From Lama guanicoe (Eukaryota): a DNA stretch of 64,000 nt. Where the stretch lies: the NCBI GenBank assembly GCA_013239625.1, contig MU054187.1, positions 24,554,433 to 24,618,432 on the forward strand, given 5' to 3'. Made by a program: the position numbers and the translations under genes. This document shows positions 55,515 through 64,000 of this stretch, piece after piece; position 1 is the first letter of the stretch; every line of letters begins with the position of its first letter. The notes beneath the pieces are model-generated. The model saw only the letters and a list, made by a program, of their open reading frames with translations, was not told where the DNA came from and did not search any database.

Positions 55515-56820
55515 TTTTTTTTTTTCAGTCGCACAACCATCTTTATTGTAAAGGTGAGCCCGGATCTTCACGATGGGCTTATCGGTAGGATTGCTGGTAG
55601 CCTCACGGCGTCCTCGGAGAACTGGACGTTCTGCTGCAGCAGTAACCCAGTAACTGTTCATTCTTGAAAACTGTCTCACTTCTTTCTCAACTGCTAACCT
55701 AGGCTGTTTGTTATGGTGGATAACCTGTCCGAAGTTCTAACTCCCCTAATCTTTGGTTGATTCCTTTTTGAGGGTCTTTAGAGACCCTCGGTGAACAGGG
55801 ACCCTATCAACAAAACAGCCACCAGTACGTTTCACTTCCAGTTTGAAGTTTCTTCCCCCTCACTAAGGCCACTGAGTTCTCACCTTACCCCTCCCTCCCT
55901 CACATTTGCCTCCAAGGCTCTCTTCCTAGCAGTTTTACAACACTCAGTGAGAAGGGTTGAAAAAAGGATGCAATCGCTAGGAAAGGTCCCAGCTGGCAGG
56001 ATGGCCATAGCAGAATGGCATGAGGATTAAAGGGGAAATTTTTTGAAAAATTGTCTCAAGTTTTGGGGGGATAGCTTTGTCACAAACGAAGGAGAGATAT
56101 TTCACCCAGGCCTCCCACAAAGGTTAAAAATACTCAAAACTCAAAGTCTCTTTTACTCCCAGAAGTGAGTCAATAGTTTAGAATTTTAGGCTCATCATGA
56201 GCCATGGAGCTGAATCTATCCTAAGGGAAGACGATGGAAACAATCCCCATCCCGGGAGCCTGATCCATTTATCTATTACCTGCCAGAAGCTCAGAGCCTG
56301 AGGCCCATGAAGATGCTTGAACTTTAATGTCTTTTAAAATTAGGAGGAAAAAAGTAAATATAACAGCAACAAATACATCTAGGATTATACCAATCTTTAT
56401 AAGAATGTAGTTGTAAAATACACATTTTCTTTTTTTTTTTTTTTTTTTTGGTAGGAAGATGCCCATGAAAGTCTTAAAGAAGCCCCGATTGAGAAGCAGC
56501 TTCCCTGATGCTCTGAGGGTAGACAGTGGTTTGAGAAGTTTTCTTGGGTTGAAAAGAGTGGACCCACGCAGGCACAGCCCTCGAGAGTTGCCAGGATGAG
56601 GGGTGGGGATAGGAGGAGCTGATAGCAGTGGACAATCGGGCTTGTTCACTTCAGGTAGCGAAAGAGCAAGTGAGTACCGCGGATGTGGTACAGATGCGGT
56701 CCTTGGAGCCTGAGCATTCCCGCCATTCCACCTGCCAGGCTGGGCACAACATTTAGGGCCCTGAAGGGTGAGCGAGATTCAGAATTCCCACCAACCCTCT
56801 CCGGTAAGAGCCTGAGCCAG
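55515..56820 (-). other. Polyadenylated mRNA 3'-end-like segment abutting the RAB11FIP4 retrocopy 5' end; source unidentified
   Basis: Minus-strand AATAAA 55542-55547, 16-nt spacer, A11 at 55515-55525. Keeps many CpGs and looks non-repetitive up to a compositional step at ~56820. Confidence 0.55.
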
Positions 56821-57130
56821 TTCAATTAATTTAGAAACATGAATAGCTGTACCTTGTTCCTGAATGTTATAGATAAAATCCCTCCTGATACAGAAGCTTA
56901 CTGGAGAAAAGCCTTTTTGACAAAAAGAAATGTTTCATCTTTTACATCAGTAAACAGACAGTTTTAGTAGTAAATAAAATAGCCTCTATTACAGGTTATT
57001 CTCAATCTTTGACAGCATAATCAATCCCAGGGATTTTTTTTCCCCCTTGAGCAGTGTTGGAGAGGAAAAAAGACAGTTTTTAAAATTCTGAACCTGCAGG
57101 AGATGCAGACTTTAGAGGCTTCTGGTTTTA

Positions 57131-57974
57131 GGCGGATGGGGTTCGGGACACGCTACTCTAAAATACAGCGTAGTGAGTATCTTCAACGGAAGCAGTCGGA
57201 GCAAACAGCAGACGCAGGAAGGTCACCCTGAAGGCTTCACCCTTCTTCGCTGAAACAGGTCACAAAACTCCCACATAAAATGCATCTTCCCTGTACCAGG
57301 AGGAAGGAAGGGCCTCTCACCAGAGACAGGGAATTGGGGACCAAAAAATCTATACAAACAAGACATTAAACTGACCATTGTCTTCTCTTCACCATTTACT
57401 ACTCTTAACCCAAACTCTTACCACTTTTTTGCAATTTTTTTTTTTTTTTTGTCTAAATGGTATGAAATCTCGCTGTTCTGGTCACTTCTTCAGGGCTTCA
57501 GTCTCTTGAGAAGGTTCCCTTGTACATGTAACAATTTAATAGACTTGGTATGCTTTTCTCCTGTTAAACCATGTTTGTCAATTTAATGTTCAGATCCAGC
57601 CTTAAGAAGGTTGAAGAAAGGAGGTGGGTGGGAAGGGAAAGACTGGGAGTTGGAGACTTGTAGATACTGACAGGTATATCTAGAATAGATAAACAAGTTT
57701 ATATATAGCACAGGGAAATGTATTCAAGATCTTGTAGTAGCTCCCAGTAAAAAAGAATATGAAAATTAATATATGTATATTCATGTATGACTGAAAAATG
57801 GTGCTGTCCACCAGAAACTGACACATGTTGTAAACTGACTATAACTCAATAATAAAAAAAAACATAATCGAATGAAATAGTGATACTATTATGGGCAAAA
57901 AAACGAAAAACAAAAACAAAACAAAAATAAAAACAAAAAAAAGAAGGTTAAGGAAAACTTTTTCCTCCCTTACA
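57131..57974 (+). mobile_element. Solo ERV1-type LTR interrupted by an L1 3' end (57613-57940)
   Basis: gatggggttcgggacacgctactctaaaata...tttcctcccttaca. L1 TSD AAGAAGGTT at 57604-57612 and 57941-57949. Confidence 0.75.
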
Positions 57975-58581
57975 AGGTGTTGATTTTAAAGTTCTGTGAG
58001 ATAACCCAGTTACTTTACTCCTAAATTAATGTCTATCTGAAGTATGCTATTTTCTAATCACTAATCAACATAAAATTTCTTTTAGATTACTTTCTTTTTT
58101 CTCCATTGGAAGTCATATTATCAGTCTTGCCACTATCATTGTGTAAAGAAAATTATGCTGTTAAATGAATAAAGTGAACTGTCTACTATATTTCTGTGAT
58201 GAAAGCAAATGTAGAGAAGGTCAGATATCTCTGTACTAGTTCATTTACTAGTAAATATGCTCTTTAAATAGAACTACTTTAGAAGATTTATTTTGTCACT
58301 AATTCATAAACCACTTTCCTAATGCTATTATGGGTTAGTTTTTATTATTATTTTACTGATTGCCAAGTGAAATTAAAGAACTATACCTGCACAGGAATTT
58401 TCCTTGAAAGAATGGAAAAAGAAAAGAAAATTGATTGGAACACTGAAAATTGCCTTGAAGTTATTGTGTCACCACCAAAGATAATTAGAACTTCTAAAAA
58501 AAACAAAATCAATTAACTAGATACTTTACTTGCCAATAGTGATATTACTTTATTAAGCACTTAACAATTAATTTTTCTCTT

Positions 58582-58740
58582 GGGGGGAGGATATAGCTCA
58601 AGTGGTAGAGCGCATGCTTAGCATGCACAAGGTCCTGGGTTCAATCCCCAGTACCTCCTCAAAAGATAAATAAGCCTATTTACCTCCCCCCTGCCAAAAT
58701 AAAAACAATACAATAATAAATAAATAAAATACTTTTTAAA
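58582..58740 (+). mobile_element. tRNA-Ala-derived SINE (Vic-1-like)
   Basis: ggggggaggatatagctcaagtggtagagcgcatgcttagcatgcacaaggtcctgggttcaatcccc, A-rich tail, imperfect TSD aattaat(a)ttttt. Confidence 0.88.
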
Positions 58741-58780
58741 AATTAATATTTTTTCTTTAAATTTAAAATATATTTACCAC

Positions 58781-59466
58781 TGATGTTGGGGAAACAGAAT
58801 TAAAAATAAAATCTTTTCTCAGGCCACAAATTTTCCCCACAAACGTAGTAGAAAAACAACAGTTTAGTTTTGGGTAAGCATTAAATCACAATGCGGTAAG
58901 CGTCACAGGCTGCTGGCTAGAAGACAGAGATAAGTGTTACCCTTCTCTGCAGCCGAACAAATGCAATCTATTCATATATGTTCTCAAGATAAACATTAAC
59001 TAGTTCTCAAGTGAGAGGACTTGACAGCACAGTTTGTCATACATGTATCGTCCTGAACTCACCTGGTAAAAGTGTTAGCTAATTGCTTTTACCCAAAGGA
59101 AGAAATAAACTTTTTATATCTTTATGACACAAAATAGTTCAGCAACTTGGAGCCAGGCACCCGCCTCCCCAGACTAGGCCCTGACCCTTTCACAGAAACT
59201 AAGAGATGGGACACTGTCTTCCTTGGTGTTGCACTTCTGAGAGATGGCCCCCCAGCTCTTGAGAAAAACACTTCTGCATTCTAGAGATGACCAACGGCCT
59301 ATCTAGTCTCCAAAAGGATTTAAATACATTCTAAAGAAATGAGAAAGTAATTACAATGAAAAGTTTTCTAAAGTAAATGCTCTGAGTTAAAAAAAGAAAA
59401 GGAGGGGAGAAAATTATCTCCAACAGTGAGAAGCATCTTTTTCTTAAATCTGTATTTGTCCTGATA
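58781..59466 (-). mobile_element. Older ERV1-type LTR (MER39/MER34-like)
   Basis: ggggaaacagaattaaaaataaaatcttttctc...gttctcaagtgagaggacttgacagcac...tgtatttgtcctgata. Confidence 0.6.
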
Positions 59467-59725
59467 CTAATTACCCAAAATTGGGCATTTTTGAAAGCCT
59501 AATCCAAACCTTAACAAAGAAAAAAAAAATTAGCTTTTCATGACTGAGTAAAACAATGATTTAGCAAACAAACAAATTAAAAAAGAAGATAATTACATAT
59601 TATAGAAAGAGCTAAAAATTAAATGAACAAGGTCTCAAGAGAGAAAGAATTTGAGAGATGGAAGGAATTAATTTGCTTGGGGTGGTAGGAAGCACTGTAG
59701 CAAGTGACACTTCACTGTGCAATAT

Positions 59726-60224
59726 TGTTGGAATAGAAGAGGTTCTTGCCTCACGCAGGAAAGAATTCAAGAGCAAGGCCTGGTAAAGTGAAAGTCAGTT
59801 TATTTAGAGGTACACCCTCCATGGGCAGAGTGCAGTCTGTCTCACTCAGAAGGGAAAATGGCTTAGAGGATACACACTCCATGGGCTGAATGTGGGCCAT
59901 CTCAGAAAGGTGAGAGGGAGCGAGACTGAGAGGTGTAGATTTATTAGGTTTTATGGGCTCAGTAATTTCACATGCTAGTGAGCAGCAGGATTATTACAAC
60001 TACTTTGAGGAAGGGATGAGGGTTTCCAGGAAATACCCCCCTGCCCACTTTTTGACCTTCTGTGGTCAGCCTAGGAACTGTCATGGCCCTGTGGGAGCAC
60101 CATGAGGCTCAAGGCCTACTGGAAGTCAGATCTTCTGCCATCTTGGTCCCAACCAGTTTGTCCTGTCCTCAATGGCTGTGACATTCCTTCAATGTCTGTG
60201 CCTGCCCCCTTCCCTCCCACTTCA
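59726..60224 (-). mobile_element. Solo ERV1-type LTR
   Basis: TG...CA ends, TSD ATAT at 59722-59725 and 60225-60228, minus-strand AATAAA ~59800, internal tandem repeat. Confidence 0.8.
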
Positions 60225-61939
60225 ATATTATGGAGGAAAATGAGCCAGCCATGTTGATGAGTGAGGCAAGAACTTTCCAGGCAAAAAGAAGAGCTGGGAG
60301 GCAATATGGCTAGACCACTGTGGAGAAGAGTGATAGGAGATGATTGAAGATCAAACACAGTCCAAAACCTGAAGTGCCTTTAGGAGTTTAATTTTATTCC
60401 AAACATGGTGGAAAATGGCTGAAGAGTTTTTAAGAGAAATGTATGCACACTTGAGGGTTCTGTGAAGAGTGTGTTGTGGAGGAAGGGAGGGGCAAGAAAG
60501 AGATTCCATTTAGAAGGCCAGGACTCTAGTGGGACAGTTTAGACAGAGATGAATAGATTCAACATACACTTTAGGATTAGAACCAATACAGTTTAGTAAT
60601 GGATTAGATATGAGGGGAGGGAAAAATAAAGGGTTACTGCTAGGTTTTGAACCTGAGTGGTTTAGTAGATAGGAAAGAGAGTAGGAAGAAATTTTGTTTT
60701 GATTCAGTTTGGTTTTGATTAATGCTTGGTTTGGGGGGGATGGAATAAAGAGCTCTGTTTCGCATATAATAAATTTGAAAAGTCTTTTGAACATCCAGTT
60801 GGAGATATCAAGTAGGTAGTGGTCTGAAAATCATGAAAGAACACCAGACATGAGATTTAAATGTGAGAGTCATTAGCAGAGAGGTAATTTTTGTAACTGG
60901 AATTGGTTAACAGTAACATAGTAGCTACATTTTTTGAATGCTTACTCTGTACTAGGTTTACCCTACCAAGTGTTTGAGCAAATATCATTACTTCTGAAAA
61001 CACTATGAGGGTAGAACTATTATTATCCCTACCATATAGATGAGGAAACTGAGATTAGGGGAGGTTATGGAGGTCTAAGTAATTTCCCCTAGGTCTCCCA
61101 AGATATTAATTTGCACAGTGTAGGAAGAAGTCTGCTGTGTCAAACAGAGATGCTCTGACCACCCTGACCTCCTTAATTAGCTCTGGAACTCTTTCTTTTA
61201 CTAAATAGATTCTTCCTTTCTCTTCTGCCAAATCCCTGATGACACATTTGAGCAGCTTCTATAAGAAACTCAGCACTGTATTCTTTTACACTAAAAGAAA
61301 TATCATGCCAACCAAAAGGGGGAATACCAACTACAAGCAAGACTCACAGATGAATCAGTCATGGGTGATATCAGAATTAATCCATCTTTATTGGGCCCAT
61401 CATGCAGAAATGTATGTGTTGGGACTGTGCAGTCTAGAAAGAATTAGGATCGTGGACCTGTGTTCTCAAGTTGCTTATACTCTAGTTTTAGAGGAAAATA
61501 TATACCTCTAGGACAGTTAAAAATGATGATGATGGATACATAGATAGATGTAGAGATATATATGCCAAAGAGTGGCAGAGACATACCACTGAGTCACAAA
61601 ATTTACTGAAATCCTTTGTGTTCCAGCCACAATTCAGGACTTAGCATGGAGGTACATCAGGAAACAATACACACGCGCACTAATCTCTTTAGTCTTTTAA
61701 ATCTCTTACAGCCCATTCCCCCTTCCCAGGCCTTTTACCAAAGTAAATGTAAAAGAATTTACATTTGTAAAAGTACATGTATAAGAAATTTACATTTAAC
61801 TCTGAGTGCTCCTCTGGGGCAAAGAGCCCAGTGGGCAAAGTCCAGTAAGAAAGAAGGACCCAGATTATACATTCTAAACCCAAAATTATTTTTGCACTAT
61901 TCCCCAGCTTTTGGCTGGTACATTCTTTTATATTGTTGT

Positions 61940-62388
61940 TATTGCTTCATGAATTGTGTCAAATGTGGACTAAAACACAGATATGCTGAAGCCCTAAACT
62001 TTGGAACCTGTGAGCGTGACCTTATCTGGAAAAAAAAAGATCTTTGCAGATGTCATTAAATTAAGGAAGTTGAGATGAGGCCTATCCTGGATTAATTTGG
62101 TAAGCCCTAAATCCAATGACAAGGTGTCCTTATAAAAGACAGAAGAGAAGACACGGATAGAAGAGGAGCAGACCATGTGAAGACAGAAGCCAAGGATGCC
62201 AGAAGCCACCAAAAGCTGGGAGAGCAAACAAGGATTCTCCCTGATAGCGTTTGGGGGGATGTAGGCTTCTGAACAACATAATTTTGGACCTCTGGCCTCC
62301 AGAACTACGAAAGAATAACTTTCTCTTTTGGTCCTAAACCAGCAAATTTATGGTAATGTGTCAGTGTCAGCCCTAGGGCACTAATACA
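61940..62388 (+). mobile_element. MLT1-type (MaLR) LTR
   Basis: gtgaccttatctggaaaa...ctttgcagatgtcattaa...ccctaaatccaatgacaaggtgtccttataa...ctggcctccagaactacg...ctaataca. Confidence 0.85.
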
Positions 62389-62739
62389 CTTCATTTTGAA
62401 AAACAAACTTTATTTTTTTATAATAGTTTATGATTTCTAGAAAAATTCAGAAACTGGTATATAGATTCCCTTATCCTCAGTCCTCAGTATTCCCTACTGT
62501 TAACATCTGACATCCGTATGGTACATTTGGTGCAACTCATGAACCAATGTGATACATTATTATTAACTAATATCCATTCTTGATCCAGATTTCCTTAGTT
62601 TTTACCTAATGTCCTTTTGCTGCTTCCTGATCTCATCCAGAATACCATGTTACACTTAGTTCTGTCTCCACACTTTTTGGCTCAGTAATGCAACATCCAA
62701 CAATACTCTAAGGTAGTAATCATAGGCAGAAGTCTCCAC

Positions 62740-63675
62740 AGTGATGTTCACCAACCCACAGTAGAATCTAAAATTGAGAAAAAGTTTAAATATTTATCCA
62801 TTTGTTTTAGAATTACAGTAATATGCCTGTTACATCTCTATGAAAAATAACTATATTTTCCAAAATGGAAAAAAAATTGGTGAGAAGAGTGGTATTGTTT
62901 TACATTTTTGCAAATTTTTTTTATTCTTTCAGTTGAGATAAAACAGCATTTATTCCAGAAGATTTCCAGTTTATAAATAGGTTTGGTTAAAAAAATATTC
63001 TTTTTGTTTTTTATTCTATTTTATTGAGTTATAGTCAGTTTGCAATATTGTGTCAAATTCCAATGTAGAGCACCATTTTTCAGTTATACACGAACATACA
63101 TATATTCATTGTCACATTCTTTTTCACCATGAGCTACCACAAGACCTTATATATATTTCCCTGTGCTGTACAGTATAATCTTGTTTATCTATTCTACATA
63201 AGCCTGTCAGTATCTACAAATTTCAAACTCACGGTCTGTCCCTTCCCCCCTCCCCCCGAGCAACCACAACTTTGTATTGTATGTCTATGAGTCTGTCTCT
63301 GTTTTGTATTTATGTTCATTTGTCTTTTTCTTTTCTTTCTTTCTTTTTCTTCTTTTTTTTTAGATTCCACATATGAGCAAGCTCATGGTATTTTTCTTTC
63401 TCTTTCTGGCTTACTTCACTTAGAATGACATTTTTGCAAATGTTTAAATGCTTAAAGAAAGTAAATAGAAGAGAGGTGGGTTCTTGTATATGCATTCAAT
63501 CAGTTGCAAGGTTACGTGCTATGTAGCCCCTGGAAAATTCCATTGTTCACCTGTGAGGGAATAAGTGTGAGAAATGCAAGAATATCTTAGAATTACAGTG
63601 AAAATATGTCTGACCTCATGCGCTCCCCTGAAAAGGTCACAGGAAGTCTCAGTGGCACACTTTGAGAAATGCTGG
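62740..63675. mobile_element. hAT-Charlie DNA transposon remnant split by the L1 insertion 62916-63427
   Basis: gtgagaagagtggtattgttttacatttttgcaaat resumes after the insert and ends cacactttgagaaatgctg. Confidence 0.65.
62916..63427 (-). mobile_element. Young L1 3' end carrying a ~78-bp 3' transduction
   Basis: TSD ACATTTTTGCAAAT at 62902-62915 and 63428-63441. L1 body 63001-63427; extra segment 62923-63000 has its own AATAAA and tail. Confidence 0.85.
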
Positions 63676-64000
63676 CCCAAAACAATAAAAAGTGTGAAAC
63701 AACATAAAAATATTAAATAATGGAGGATATCATTAAATGACCCTCCATGCTTTTAGGTGAGAACTCAGACAATTCTGAATCAAACCCTTTTTTTTTTTGT
63801 CTTCTTACTCTCTCATTATGATATCAGAAGCACTCTTCCTCCTCCCAAGAACAATTTTTTGTTTCTGTGTTTCTCCTCCTGCCTTTTGGAGTGGCTTTCC
63901 TTCACACCCCACTCCCACTGCTCACATCTACAGGTTCCTTCCCACATGACTTAAACCGGCTCAAGACTTTCTCATATATTTAAAGTTTTTTCCCTTTCCA

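Noticed and set aside
53972..55679. Plus-strand ORFs (314, 160, 126 aa) and the 212-aa minus ORF crossing the A11 junction
   Set aside because: Antisense or alternative frames of the RAB11FIP4 copy. The 212-aa ORF starts at GTG and reads through the polyA tract as KKK.

Overview
Mammalian genomic DNA, probably camelid, inferred from tRNA-Ala-derived Vic-1-like SINEs and the young L1 3' ends. The window holds the complete, intact RIPK2 gene on the + strand: CpG-island promoter at ~19.8-20.7 kb, 11 coding exons 20376-47391, 1611 nt, 536 aa, kinase plus CARD. It also holds three disabled processed pseudogenes that kept their GC-rich first exons: R3HDM2 (+, ~2670-6630), RNF220 (+, 28090-30096, inserted 27 nt after the RIPK2 exon 3 donor) and RAB11FIP4 (-, ~53601-55514). 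The rest is mostly L1, solo LTRs, SINEs and old DNA transposons. Main observations: (1) the RNF220 and RAB11FIP4 retrocopies appear to drift strongly AT->GC, the reverse of normal pseudogene decay, suggesting GC-biased gene conversion at imported CpG islands. (2) The RNF220 copy supplies a CpG-rich head, an ATG and two phase-0 splice donors in frame with RIPK2 exon 4, plus a sense intronic polyA signal. (3) The RAB11FIP4 copy has an AATAAA+polyA module joined to its 5' end and no tail at its apparent 3' end. (4) An L1 carries a 3' transduction. Comparisons with parent genes use human protein sequences recalled from memory, not database searches. Repeat family names are by eye.
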